A stretch of DNA of 64,000 nucleotides from Rhodosorus marinus CCMP1338 (taxonomy: Eukaryota; Plantae; Rhodophyta), in NCBI GenBank assembly GCA_029953675.1, contig JAMWBK010000007.1:744001-808000 (forward strand), given 5' to 3'. The stretch's first letter is position 1. Each line of letters opens with the position of its first letter. Below, piece after piece: positions 1 to 12,086 of the stretch. Position numbers and translations under genes: made by a program. A model generated the notes under the pieces. The model had not been told where the DNA came from. It made no database searches and worked only from the letters and a program-made list of their open reading frames with translations.

Positions 1-389
1 ATCTCGCAGCAGAAGATGAAATGGTATTACTATCAAACGAATTGCTTCATTCCTGTGTAAAACATATTCACAAACTAAAAAGAATATGAAACCAATTTTT
101 TTAAGCCGTAGCGCCTACACTTTGTATCCTTCTACCTTACCGAACTTCGCCATCGATCGGAATCCACAACTTTTGACGGCGTTTTGAGCTTGCGAGCGAA
201 CTCAAGGAAACATGTCTTGGCTAATTTTTTTTCGCATGCAACAGTCATTTGCCCTCAACCACGGCCGATGATAGATAATGCTAGCTCGGCACCAAAAGAG
301 ACGCCGCTTCATCCAGCGTCAAAACCGAGCTTTAGCTGATGTACTACAGTGTAAATCCATTCTGAGGAGTCTCACTGGTTCCTTGAAAA

Positions 390-610
390 GGCAAGTTTTG
401 GAGTGGCTTCGCAAAATGTGTTACTGACCATCCTGCCGAGTATCTTGTACTCTTACACCGGTTCAGTAGTCTATTTATAGAGAGCTTCCTGCAGCATTCT
501 AGTGGCATGCTAGCCGATGCTCGCTACCAACGCCTTGGCTTGCACGCTTTTGTTACTCGTCTCCAGTTCGTATTAAGCCCTGCGTAGCGCGTATGGCTAT
601 GCTAGTAGAA
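390..610 (+). mobile_element. Degenerate 3' end of CRE-like non-LTR retrotransposon (family 1)
   Basis: Reads roughly LEWLRK.CVTDHPAEYLVLLHRF, matching WLRKCFTEHPVEYLELLRRL of the copies at 28 and 43 kb. Ends in the family 3' motif gccctgcgtagcgcgtatggctatgctagta. Confidence 0.7.
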
Positions 611-614
611 CGAT

Positions 615-755
615 CAACCACTTTGGGGATGAACGTGAATTGATTCGTATGCTAAGAGAACATCGCTAACATACCTGTAAAAATACAATAAAACCATCAA
701 CCACTTTGGGGATGAACGTGAATTTACCATATGCTAATAGAACATCCCTAACATT
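615..755. repeat. Imperfect ~60 bp direct duplication
   Basis: tcaaccactttggggatgaacgtgaatt...tatgctaa.agaacatc.ctaacat occurs at ~615 and ~698. Confidence 0.8.
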
Positions 756-756
756 C

Positions 757-1005
757 GTGCTTCGGCGCTAGCTCATCGCCTGGTACCTCTGGTCACTGAG
801 TGCTTTGGGTTTATGGATTCCGTTGGTTCTCGTTGGCTTCGGGAATTGTTCCGCGAACGCCCTGATCGTCTGTCCTCGTTGTTTACCCGTTTAAGTTTCT
901 TGCTGTGGCGTGTGAACGCTGCTTTTATGTTGGAGGCGCGATATCTTCGCAGCGCTCAGTCTCTTTTTTTCCCTTCGGGGTTCTTTCTTTCGGTCTCCGA
1001 TTAAA
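757..1005 (+). mobile_element. 3' relic of a second CRE-like retrotransposon family (restriction-like endonuclease C-terminus)
   Basis: Translates AHRLVPLVTECFGFMDSVGSRWLRELFRERPDRLSSLFTRLSFLLWR, which aligns with SHRFQPFIVESFGRVEKSGLEWLRKCF of family 1. A related copy (LFRERPDRLRSL) lies at ~59.9 kb. Confidence 0.6.
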
Positions 1006-2492
1006 CAAATTCATTCATTCAACATGTTGACAACTGTAAAAATATCCGTCAAAATTTCCGAACGTATTCAATCAATGAAAAGGTAATAATGATTAGGTTT
1101 CAGTTTCTACGTCAGCGAACGACAGCTTGTCCCAATCTTTTTGATATCACAACTGTTGGCTTTCCTATCATAAACGCATAGTATCGCTTTAGCGATGCTC
1201 ACTTAGTTTATTTTGTCCGGAAACGCATTTGGTCTCGCCATCGATTTCCCGTGATTCCTCCACCCCCTCCCCCCCCGCCCATGGACTCTCGTCTGTTGCG
1301 GGAAGGCGAGCCCACCAATCTGAATAGAACTGATCTGAACCCAAAAAAACCTTTACAATCCATTTGCAGAACGGGATAAAATAGGCCATATACCATCAGA
1401 CGGTTCGCAACAACGAAAACGCTCCCCTTCATCAACTTGGAGATCGTTGCGTTGTTGTCCCACTCCGTTTCTTGAGGCTCGTTCGCTTACATCCAGCATC
1501 TTTCTCCCTTCTCAACGGTGTTCTTAGCCCTAGAAAATGGTCTCATATCCCGCCTCTCTGCATGTCGGCCAGATTCCTATTTCGATTTCGATGAAACGGA
1601 AATTTTTGAGGACGAGGGCAAATCAATACCAACACGCGTTGATAATAATAATACTTATTTTATCAAAATGATATACGGGGAAGGGGGGGGGGGAGAGGGG
1701 GTGGGAAAGAGGTCGAGGGCTCGACGGCTCCCGCTGAGCAGCTGAGCAGCCCTCGACCCTAACTTTCTTCTTGTTGGCATTCTTTCAAGAGTCTCGCAAA
1801 GGGGTCGATGGGAATCCTACATTGGACGAGAAAAACAGATATGGTGTACGAAATGAATTAGGGCGGTTTCGGGTACGGTGATGAAAAAGATTTTTTCATT
1901 TGTTTTTCTGGTTGACACTCTTGCATCAGGTGTGTGAGATGCGCCATTTGCAATTTGAGGGCAAAGGTGATTAAGTTCTGCAACAGCACACACCTGGGTA
2001 TTGTCTGTGTAGAAGGAAAGCCCCTGAAATGTAGTTTTGTATTGGTCTGTCCTCGATTTTATATCCAAGCATATCCTGATTGTGTTACCTTTGTTTCCTC
2101 AGCCCCGGGGGGGGGGGAAGGGAGAGAACGAGTTTGGTACAGACTAAGTGCGTTCAATTGGATTTGAACTACTACTATTGTGTTAGTAAAAACATTTAGA
2201 CTGATCAGCAGTGAAGGCTCTGCTTTGTTGTCGTTGTAAGAAGATATTCGGCTGGGAGGGATTTCATCTGACTTTGATTGGTGAGGGCGGGTAAGTTGTG
2301 TTTGATAGTCCGGGTTGATTTTTCTGGTTGGTAGGCTGAGCTTTGGCATATATAAAGGCGTTGATTGGGAAGCGAGCAGGTGAGAGGTTCGGGTAGAGGA
2401 GAGGTAAGGTGTGGTGGTTTGAGATTGGAGTCTAGCACGGACGTTTACTAGAGGAGCCTTTTTTTTAAAGAAATTTAACTTTTTGAGTATAT

Positions 2493-4424
2493 ATGTCATT
2501 GCAGTTTGTCGTGAGTCCGTCGCCTCTGGGTTGCTCGCAAAGACGCAGGGCAATGGTGAGCCCGTCGAGAGCATTGACCGTTCCCCGGCGGCGAAATGAG
2601 AACATTTTCTCGCTTGCTTTGGGGGGAGTCGTGGGAGCAGCTGGAAACACGGCTAGGTTCGCGCAAGCCGCGTCGCTCGGGGTTGTGAACATATTTCAGG
2701 GCGCCTTCAACTTTATCTGGAAGCCCACGCCTCAACCGAGTTTGATCGAGTATCCAACGAACTACTCACCAACCAAAATTGTGGATGAGGACACCAGGGA
2801 GCCTGGCAAGTTCAGCATGGAGTTTGCAAAGTTAGCCGTTCGGATGTCTATTTTCGCGTATTTGGAGTCTGGACTTTATTGGAAGTCAGACAAGAGACCC
2901 GTTGAGCATTTCAGCGTGACTCGACCATCAGAGCAATCCCTTGGTATGCTTCTTCTGGAGGACAAGTTCCCTTCACTCTTCCATGGAATTGGGCCTGACT
3001 TCATCGGTCCCGAATACGATCGGAAACTTTCCAAGGGGAGGGGAAAGATCGACTCCGGTCTCATCAAGGAGTATGAAACCGATACGGACCTTGTCGTAAT
3101 GCATGACGTGGCTGCTGAGACCATTTACATCGTATGGCAAGGAACCCAGTCGAAAATCGATATGAAAACTGACATCGCCTTTCTTCCCCGCTACTGGCCT
3201 TACCGCCACCAGGATGGGAAGCGCCTACATGCCTCCCGAGGTTTTGTGAGGAGCCACGAATCGGTGAGCAAGGATATCATCGCTGTGGTGAAGGAGATGT
3301 GGAGTACTGGAAAGTACAAGAAGCTCTTCTGCGCTGGCCACAGTCTGGGTGGTATTCTTGCGCATCTCAATGCGCATGCCCTGTCCTACGCCATGGAGGA
3401 AGAGCTCGAGGCGACGGGCCTTCCACCTGAGGAGCGCCTGGTGTGCTATACTATTGGATCTCCGAAGGGAATGGCCTGGGATCTGAGGAACGACTATTTC
3501 AAAAGAGTTCCGCATACGTACCGGATGAGAAATGACGAAGATATTGTCCCTCGATTGCCGGTTCCAATGCGCCACCACGTTGGGATTCCGATCCTCATGG
3601 ATGAGCTCCACTTTTTGATCAACTTCGATGAGGACAGAACTGTGCTTACAGCGGACAAAGAGAATATCGGCGAGACCATCTCTGACCACAACACTGGCAA
3701 CTACCTCTCCAACTTGCTCGGTCAAAAGAGCCGTCTTCGAGTTAGCAAAGAGCAGTCAGACGCGCTTGAGAGAGCGTATGTCAGCATGGTTCAGCTTGAT
3801 CGGGAATATGCGTGGGAGGTCCTGATGCCCACTGAGAAGTCCAAGGAGATGGAAGTCGCTAGATATGTGAAACCTGGCGTGGATCCAGTCAGTTTAAACA
3901 CTGAAGCCACAGAGATTCTTAAGGTGGCCTTCGGTAGTGCTGTGAGCGCCGACGTCGTGAACTACTTGGTGTACTACGCCAGCAAGCTCGTTGAATCGCA
4001 CGATTTCAATCCCAGGAAGAACGGCTTTGATGCCGAGCCAATCATCGACGTCCAGGAACTTCATATCAACATTTTCCGAATGGCGTTCTCTGAAATCGTT
4101 CTGGACGCAGACAAGGACCAAAACCTGAAGAGGGTTCAGCATCGGCTAGTATTTGATAAACACGACTCGGACAAAGACGGGTTGCTGTCTCCGGGTGAGT
4201 TCCTTCGGATCGCAAAGGGTCTGAACGGAGAACAACTCCCGGCGGGGGTTTCAGATGACGAGTTGGTTGAGGAGCTCCATGGGGAGTTCAGGAAGCTCTA
4301 CCAAATCATGAATGAACCCTACCCAGTGGACCCCGCCATGGAGCTTAGAACGGTCAGCTTTGCTGAGTTTTATGTTTGGGCAGAGCTTAACCGACATGAT
4401 CTCGCAGCTCTTCAAGCCCTGTAG
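2493..4424 (+). CDS. Class 3 lipase (alpha/beta hydrolase) with C-terminal EF-hand; possible plastid transit peptide
   Basis: 643-aa ORF with lipase motif CAGHSLGG, EDIVPRLP (Asp) and SDHNTGNY (His), plus canonical EF loop DSDKDGLLSPGE. N-terminus is Ser/Arg-rich. Confidence 0.85.
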   Translation: MSLQFVVSPSPLGCSQRRRAMVSPSRALTVPRRRNENIFSLALGGVVGAAGNTARFAQAASLGVVNIFQGAFNFIWKPTPQPSLIEYPTNYSPTKIVDEDTREPGKFSMEFAKLAVRMSIFAYLESGLYWKSDKRPVEHFSVTRPSEQSLGMLLLEDKFPSLFHGIGPDFIGPEYDRKLSKGRGKIDSGLIKEYETDTDLVVMHDVAAETIYIVWQGTQSKIDMKTDIAFLPRYWPYRHQDGKRLHASRGFVRSHESVSKDIIAVVKEMWSTGKYKKLFCAGHSLGGILAHLNAHALSYAMEEELEATGLPPEERLVCYTIGSPKGMAWDLRNDYFKRVPHTYRMRNDEDIVPRLPVPMRHHVGIPILMDELHFLINFDEDRTVLTADKENIGETISDHNTGNYLSNLLGQKSRLRVSKEQSDALERAYVSMVQLDREYAWEVLMPTEKSKEMEVARYVKPGVDPVSLNTEATEILKVAFGSAVSADVVNYLVYYASKLVESHDFNPRKNGFDAEPIIDVQELHINIFRMAFSEIVLDADKDQNLKRVQHRLVFDKHDSDKDGLLSPGEFLRIAKGLNGEQLPAGVSDDELVEELHGEFRKLYQIMNEPYPVDPAMELRTVSFAEFYVWAELNRHDLAALQAL

Positions 4425-4776
4425 GGTTCCGAGTCACCGCTCTCCGCTGATAGCGTTTCGCCTGGCTTGTTCCTTCCGACTTTTTCGGGAAACCTCTTTT
4501 CGATACAAGAACTTTATTTTGAGCTCACGTGGAGCGCATTTTTGTCAGTTTTCTTAAAGCTGTAATTGTCAATTGGAATTAAGCTCCGACCCAAACTGAC
4601 GAAGACCTGCGACGCTTCCCCGAATATCGCGGGAAACGAAATCGTCCATTTTCAGACGGCATATTCTCCTTGCCGGATCCTTTTTCCGAGAGAACTCTTT
4701 CAATAGTTGAAACATCGCGGATCGCCTATATACAATACATGGCGGATATGGCCGTGGGTCTAACATCCGCAGCCGT

Positions 4777-6177
4777 TTACGTCTTCTTCTTCTTCGGCAT
4801 GCGGTATCCACTGTGGATGGGGGCAACAAGATTGGAAAGTCGAACACTCAGCAAGAGAGAAAGTCGTCCGCCGTAGCTTATACGTTCAGTTCAACCACTT
4901 ACCCGACCACCACCGCGTGGTCTCGTTCGTAGGGCTCTAGTGTGATCTGTTCAGCGGGCTTGAACTTCTCCTCTTGCAATTTTTTCACCTCCTTGGCGAA
5001 AACCAGAGCAGGTTCAACAGTTGAGTCTATGCAATTTGCTTTGATGGAAATAACAAAATGACCTAGAGCAGGGAAAACCGAAACTTGTTAGGACATCCAA
5101 TGCTCTTGGTGGAGGAACAGATAAGACTTCTTCACTCACCTTCAGTTTTCAGGAAATTGTGAGCGTTTATGGCCACGATTCGTGCTTGATCCGGCTGGGC
5201 AACATCCGCGAAGATGGTGTCCACCATTCCCACGAGCATTCGATACTTCGCAGGGTGGCGGGCATCCTCAATAATTGGGACGATATTAGTCCTCTTCTTC
5301 GCCACATTGACAAGATCCCTTCCACTTCTATGAGAAAACTCGACGGCGTATACTACGCCTTCTGGACCCACGACGTCGGATACATGTGAGACTGTGGTCC
5401 CGGACGCCGCCCCAAGGTATAAGACCTAGTCAGGGCATGGGATTTCAGATGTCACTCGTAAAACTCAAATAACCGTGGCGATCTCAACTCACCTTGTCTC
5501 CTGGACCGATATGAGTGTTGTCTACTCCCCCTAGAATAGCAGCGGCGAGCTTGGATCTGAACGGATTCCAAACACGATATTCAATCTTATTCTTGGTTCC
5601 ATCGGTGTTATCGATCTCCATGGTTATCCTCTTTTCTCCGTACACGCTGTCACCACTGACCATGTTCTTCGTACACAACGCATCCTAAATTCCACACCGT
5701 CCCAAGGAACTAAGATTCGCTGATAGAGCAGAGCCTAATCCAAGTATTAGTTCGAAAGGGCACTCACCTCTTTACCGCGAGCGATGAAGACGCCTGCATG
5801 ACGATGCGGCTCGACAATTACCTTGGATCCACCCTTGAGTCCAGGCCTTCTCGGTGCTCCACGAGCTCCTCCGCGACCCTATTTCCGAAATGAACAAAAT
5901 CGTTACCTGTCAGCGAAGATAAATCCAACCAGCTAGCCTCCAACATGGCCGATCAGCAAACCAAGGGAACCAAAAATAACCAACGACTTACCCCACGACC
6001 ACCTCCACGTCCCCCGAAACCGCCTCCACGTCCTCCAAAACCACCACCACGTCCACCTCCACGTCCCCCAAAACCGCCGCCACGTCCACCACCACGTCCA
6101 CCAAAACCGCCGCCACGTCCACCTCCTCGTCCACCTCTACCAGCACCTCCGCCACCTCCTCCCCCGTACGCCACCAT
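4777..6177 (-). CDS. FBL: Fibrillarin (rRNA 2'-O-methyltransferase, Nop1); exons 6177-5992, 5878-5768, 5684-5493, 5425-5140, 5062-4903, 4810-4777
   Basis: RGG/GAR N-terminus, then [70 protein letters not shown] and LEPYERDHA. Five GT-AG introns (67-113 nt) splice in frame. Confidence 0.96.
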
Positions 6178-6558
6178 CTCGCCCTCCCCTCCGAAAATAT
6201 GTCGACTACTCTTCAACTAAACCATCCGCACACTATGGGTAAAGGAAATTACTCATCCAAAGCAATTCCGTCCCACCTCTTCTTCCCTAATTCCAATCGA
6301 CACCGTCCCCCTCTTCCTCCTCCCTCCCGGCACCGGCCATTATCCCTCCTAAAGCCCTCCAACGTCCTATTCTTTTCACCCCCGTCGCGGTACGATGAAA
6401 GCCTTTGAAATTTGATAAAGTTTTCTAGGCCTCCGAAAGATGGCCTATGATACCCGACCGCTCAGGGACAATGAGGATGACGGGGATGTGGGAGCAGCTC
6501 TTTCGATTGAAACTATCGGGGCAGGAAGAGTTGGCCGATGGCACCTAGTCATGGAGAG

Positions 6559-6905
6559 TTTTTTTTTAAATTCCATTACTTGTACTGGGCCAGAGTGGCC
6601 GATGACACCTCTGATAGCGGACAGATGACGACGGTGGGACAGTGAAGCCGAGACCCTCGGAACTTACCGGGACGCGGAGAATTGGCAGCTGATGCGCAGT
6701 CGTGGATGGTTTTTTTGAAATTCGATTGATTGTACTGGGCCAGAGGATCGCAGGATGACCGATGGTACCCAGCAAATCGAAGATGGAAAGCCAGTGGGAC
6801 AACAGTATCCCTCCATGGAAACAAACGGGACATGCTAAGAGTGTGCCGATGTTGCTATAAGCGGGACGGTTTTTTAAATTTCGGTTTAATCTGCTGGGCC
6901 AACAT
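6559..6905. repeat. Degenerate tandem repeat, period 150/159 nt, units punctuated by T6-9 tracts
   Basis: T-run + aaatt(t)c + ...ctgggcca junction at 6559-6592, 6710-6742 and 6870-6901. Confidence 0.7.
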
Positions 6906-9326
6906 CCGTGGAAGGACGGCCGATGATTCCTGTCGCAGACTACCCGCGGTTTCCTTTCATGTTCCTCGCCAAGTACGTGGACAATGATACTTGTCTTGGT
7001 AGTGGATGGGATGCAGCTCGCAGGCTGGGACCGATAAGGAAGTTGAAACGTTTTTCGACTGGGTTCCGGTTGACTTGGGGAGATCATGCGACGCGGAGAT
7101 CGTGTTGAGGTGAAACCAGACCAGGATTAGGTCAACGACCCAATCTTGTTCTAGAATATGACTTTTCATTGAACAAGATGCTTGGATCCCGCGGAGAGTA
7201 CCCTGGAAGAATTGTAACGGATAGCCTTGAGAGAGAGAAGACTCGTTGCTCACTGGGATGTCGATTAGAAAACCTAGCGAATCACGCGAGACGTCCGTGG
7301 CTGAGTTTCGCTTCTCCTGTTTGCTCTTAAAACCCGCATGCTCGAAGAAAGCTTGTAGTACGAGCCACTCGTCGCTTCGCAAGGACGTTAAGCATGTATG
7401 AGAAGGAAACTTGTACTACTAGTTGTGTACTCCGGAAACGCTGCAAGACGAGCAACGACCGAAGTAGAAAACTTCGGCAGGCATTGGATTAGTGCTCCCC
7501 GCAATTTAGTGCAATATCAATGCGTGGTGATAATGTAGAGAAATGAACCGCAACTCAAGAAGATGCCCATGAATCTGTAGTTGGATCCATCCCTCACCAG
7601 ACAGACAAGCACTATCGGGGCACCCCATTGAAACGTATAAGATCGGTTTCCAACTGCTCCTTCCACAGTAGGGCGAAATCCATGCTTGAAAATAGACTTT
7701 CGAAGAACGATTCCATTGCAAACCATTACAATAAGTGAGAAGTAAGCTCAAGTTCGCTTTTTCGATAAGGCCGGGGAGAGCCAACAAACTCATAAAACAA
7801 GATCAACTAGTGAGACTCAAATGAGACAAGAAAGCACCCAGAAGCTCCAAACTGAATCTATACACTCACAGTCACAAGAAAACAACTCCAATTCTGCCCT
7901 TTTCCCGTCATACCCACTGTCTACCTCAGCTTCAACATCCCCATCACTAAGTGACACCAACCCACATCCTCGATTCGCTCCGATCCCCCGAACTTCCACA
8001 CCTTCGAAAACGAAAAAAAACACGCGCATTATATCGTATTCCCTTTCAAAAACATTTTATCGCAGCTTGGAAGACAACCGCCAATAGCTTCACGCCTTCA
8101 CACTTGTCCGTAGAAAATCCTCTTCCTTCACCAGGAACCAATTTATAAACCAAAACATTTTCTTAGTTTTCAACCAATCATAGCTATGTGAAGTGAAAGG
8201 TATTTTCAAGTAAATACAGAAATTCTCCATTGTGCATTCAAAAAATTTAAAACTTTCCATTCAAAGAAATAGTTACATTCTACCCCCTTCACAACGACAC
8301 CAAGAAAAATTCGCAATTGCATTGTGAGTATTGATTAGCGTTATTATCTTGTTGTCCTGGATCCAGTACCCCTCCGAGCTGCACCTCGTATAAAATCTGG
8401 CAGAAAAACTCCAAAATACAATAAATCACGTCTATGACCTTTTTTTCCAACTTTCTTGAAGCCCGCCAAAAAATGTTTGTTTAGAGAATATCTGGGACGT
8501 ATGTGGACATCAGTATCATTCTTAAGAAGAAAAACATCAACTCTGGACGTAGATTATAAGCCTAGGCCTTCGGAAGATCGTTAATTTAAGATAGATGGTG
8601 TCAGCCGTTTGAAGACAGCTTGTCTTCTACTTTAAGCGGGAAATCTCTCTATTCGCATTGGGGCCAACGTCTCTTAATCTATTCTTCAGTACGAAGGCGA
8701 TTGGTTTTCTCCATATGAGAAAACGACCAAATTGATGTTTTCTGCTGGTGGAAGCGACGGATGCGGTTGAGTGAGAGAGCTGAGCTCTCTGCGGGGGCTT
8801 AATTTCTCAAAAGAAAGAACTTTCCTCAGTCTCAGATTTCGGATATCTTCATCTGCCGCGACTGAAATATGTCTGAAAGGAAAGTTTCTCAGAATTCAAG
8901 TTCATCCAGTGAAAGCCTCTGTACGTTCTGATGATGTCTCTAGTGAGATGACCATCTGAAATGAGCGGAGCGACCAAATGATGATGTGCACTGCATGTTT
9001 TTGTGGGAGTCTGGTCGGAATGCGGTCGAGTCTGGAGAAAATTGGTGCATCTCAGCCCGTGAGTGAAGCATACTGAGCTTGTTAAGGAGAACCTAGCACG
9101 GACCATGGCGCCACGTCTCGAAATACAGCTGATGACAGCGAAGGATAGAGTGACGATCTAGGGTTGAAACTGCCTGTGATGTGACCTTGAGACGGCATTT
9201 TCGACCGGATGAAGCTGCACTCGAGGTTGATGCAAAGTTTGGGGCTAACGTCTTATTAGAGCTCAAGACCAAGATTTGAATACTACGTCTACGAGAATCG
9301 CGACCAGTCCAAAGCCGATCGAAGAG

Positions 9327-9332
9327 TATAAA
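9327..9332 (+). promoter_or_regulatory. TATA-like box of spondin genes (representative copy)
   Basis: TATAAA(A/G)G lies ~115-130 nt upstream of the ATG in A (9327, 15089, 24240, 32571, 41428), B (21591, 38529, 49370) and the divergent C copy (52694). Confidence 0.7.
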
Positions 9333-9444
9333 GGATGACCTGAGACCCGTCAGCTCGGTCCGTGTCATCGGGGCAGACAACAAAGACAACAGCAGAACAG
9401 TGCATCGAGCTAAGAGATAAGGAGTAAGGAATATATACTAGAAA

Positions 9445-10131
9445 ATGGTTTCTAAGATTGTGATTTTGCTTGCCGCAGCCTTCGCGGTTTGCGCCATGGG
9501 ATCTGACGTTGCAATCAACGACGCTGAGAGGGTGTCGAAGAAGTGCAGCGGGAAGGCCATCTATTTGGTTCAGATCGACTATTTGTGGACCGGTGCTACC
9601 CACCCCTTCGCTTATCCGGATAATGGTTACTTCTCGCCTACAACGGTTGCGTCGCACGGAAATGGTTTCCACCTGTGGACTCCTCACGGCTACTCGACCA
9701 GGGGTGTTGAGAACGTCGCCGAGCGAGGCAGGTTGAACTTCCTTCTGGCAGAGTTGGCGGCACAGAAGGGCCGCAATGTGTTCGATTTCGTCTACACCGA
9801 GGAACGCACTGAGGACGGATCTGAGACTGTGAAGCTGCTGATCAAGCTTGACTGCACGCGCACCTACGTTTCTGGCATCTCCATGCTGACACCGAGCCCG
9901 GACTGGTTCACTGGATTCGATGATGCCAACCTGTGTATTGACGGGGAGTGGATTAAGAACTACGAGAGGAACCTGAGTGTCTGGGACGCGGGAACGGACA
10001 AGGGAGAAGACTTTGAATCCCGGAACAGGAACCAGATCCCAAGGGAGCCGATTGTGTCAATCCTTGGATCGCGGTTCAACTCGGTTCCTGTCGGAACCGT
10101 TAAGATCATCCGCAAGCGTGTCTTCCAGTAA
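9445..10131 (+). CDS. Secreted Spondin_N-domain protein, type A (A1)
   Basis: Hydrophobic signal peptide and motifs LW..ATHP..YP..GYFS, SMLTPSPDWFTG, LC, WDAGTDKG and P..PI typical of Spondin_N (PF06468). Confidence 0.9.
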   Translation: MVSKIVILLAAAFAVCAMGSDVAINDAERVSKKCSGKAIYLVQIDYLWTGATHPFAYPDNGYFSPTTVASHGNGFHLWTPHGYSTRGVENVAERGRLNFLLAELAAQKGRNVFDFVYTEERTEDGSETVKLLIKLDCTRTYVSGISMLTPSPDWFTGFDDANLCIDGEWIKNYERNLSVWDAGTDKGEDFESRNRNQIPREPIVSILGSRFNSVPVGTVKIIRKRVFQ

Positions 10132-10471
10132 ATAGTCTTCGATGTTTTGCACCTATGTACTCTAGGAGTGCCGAAGGAAGTCTCTTGACCACAGATTTAC
10201 TCTTGCGAGAAGCACAATTCTCCACACTAAAGAACTTCCCCTTTTTCCATGGAAACTCCTGACAGCTTCTGCCACCACCTGCTATCAACGCGAACTCCGA
10301 CGGAGGCTCAAGCACTGTCAGCATGTTTATGAAGGCTAACTGGACACAGGGACTCTACGAGTTCGGGCCGAACAAGACGGCTGCACAGGCGCATAGAGGA
10401 CGAAGACAGAGACTGTGCTCGAGGAAAACATAGATTAAAGACACAGTACTTGCGGTACTTGGACAACGAAA

Positions 10472-10593
10472 ATGCTCGCCGAGGCGCGCCATCGCCATCG
10501 CCGCCTGGGTTTTGCACGCTTTTCTCCCTAGTTCCTAGTCCCCTTTCACGCCCTGCGTAGCGGCTCAGGCTATGCTAGTAAATCCATCCACCT
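10472..10593 (+). mobile_element. ~120 bp 5'-truncated CRE-like 3' end
   Basis: atgctcgccgaggcgcgcc...ctgggttttgcacgct...gccctgcgtagcggctcaggctatgctagta. Absent from the paralogous spacer Z copies. Confidence 0.75.
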
Positions 10594-11429
10594 ATGAAAT
10601 GAGAGTTTCATAACCGTCCCAATGACGATGATTTGCAAGGGCTCGCAGAGTTTGGCTTGTTACTGGGTGGGAAAAACTCAAGGGCGAGACCGCGAATGCG
10701 GAAACCCAAAGCCAAGAGTTCCAACACATTTTCCCGTTCCGTTCTAAAAACCCGAGATGGCCCACCGAGGCCAAAAGTTTGACGGACAAAACTGTCGCCT
10801 ATTCCCTACTAATTCCTAAAGAAATCCCGCAAAAAGCTACACTATTTCCAGGATTTCCTCATTTAGGGCTGGGGAATACAAAAACCCAACCCCATTTGAC
10901 GGTAAAAGTTGACCCAACCTTAGGTTTAAACACTTTTTAAAAGGAAGGTTCGATGAGCTTGGTTGGTGGGTCTGGTAAAGTTTTCTTGAATAAACTAGAC
11001 CACAGCAAGAGCTTCGTCCGTGATCATTGTAAAAGGGGCTACGGAAATCCGTTAGGAAATGGTCTGGTCAAACTGCACATCGACCACGGTCCGACGACTA
11101 GGCCATGTGGACTACGTACCCAAGACTTGTACGTAACCAAGTCTTGTTATGCTTGCTGACAGACTTGACATCCCAGTGCATGTCCCGGCAAATCTGCGGC
11201 GCACCCCCCCACGCGCCAGACAACGGCTAGCCTGAGGATTTGTGTACTGTCGACCTGAACTGCTAGGGAGGGTGAGGTATGTGAGGACGGTGATTCGAAA
11301 AATGGTTTGTGCACATGTGGGAAGAGTCAGTTTTACTTTTCAAGCGCATGCCTCCAACACGGAGCAGTCAATCAAATAACAGCCTCCCCGGGGCTCCACG
11401 ATGGAGAGATGTTAAACCTCATAGACCAG

Positions 11430-11539
11430 TTAGTTGAAGACTCTGACACGCGTGAACTTTACGGTTCCGACCCGAATTCCGTCGAATCGAGGCGCCAGGA
11501 TCGAAAGAATCCGCTCCTCGGGTTCTGGTTCTTGTTCGC
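11430..11539 (-). pseudogene. 3' stub of type B spondin gene
   Basis: Reverse complement of the last ~36 codons of B plus the B 3' flank. Joined directly to the distal half of spacer Y. Confidence 0.85.
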
Positions 11540-12086
11540 TGGACAGGTTTTGATCAACAATCGTTCACCAGACCAAAAAGGCGGTACTTACTAAAAAAGT
11601 TACCGTAACAGACTGTCCTAAAAACTGTCGGGGCTCTGTACACTTTTACAATCAAACTTTTTTTAAAACAATCGAGAGGAGAGCACACTCATTCCATTTT
11701 CCAATAGAAGCGCGAAAGCTGGATTTTTTTATTTTATGGTAAATCTCAGAACGTTTGTTTTGCGATGAAAAAGAGATGAGAACGTTGGATACCTCTGTTG
11801 ACCAATGTTTTAGCTTTGTTTTTAAAGCATGGAAGACGCTGTGGTTTTGTTTTCCGATTTTTTGAGTTGTTTATTTTCTCCTGGAGAAGGCGATTGAAAA
11901 GAGGCGATGAACAAGGGATTGGGGATGGCTGAGCTTGCTGAGGAAAGTAGAACCTGCCCGAGCTGCTTCGTTCGCTTTCAATGGGATAGTAAGCTGGCTA
12001 CGTCAAGGAATAATTTTTAAGCAATTCCTGTTGATAGGATAGAAGAACGTCAATCGCCGTTCATCGCGTTTGCGACATTTTGAATA

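Noticed and set aside
1255-2125. C/G homopolymer-rich tracts (1255-1280, 1681-1706, 2104-2120)
   Set aside because: Low-complexity intergenic tracts. G-quadruplex potential alone is not evidence of function.
2059-2574. 171-aa minus-strand ORF overlapping the lipase start
   Set aside because: Low-complexity translation of the lipase promoter region with no motifs.
5945-6220. Proline-rich plus-strand ORF (PPRPPKPP repeats)
   Set aside because: It is the antisense shadow of the fibrillarin RGG repeat exon.
6559-6905. CRISPR-like repeat-spacer appearance
   Set aside because: Eukaryotic context, degenerate repeats, ~120-nt spacers and no cas genes.
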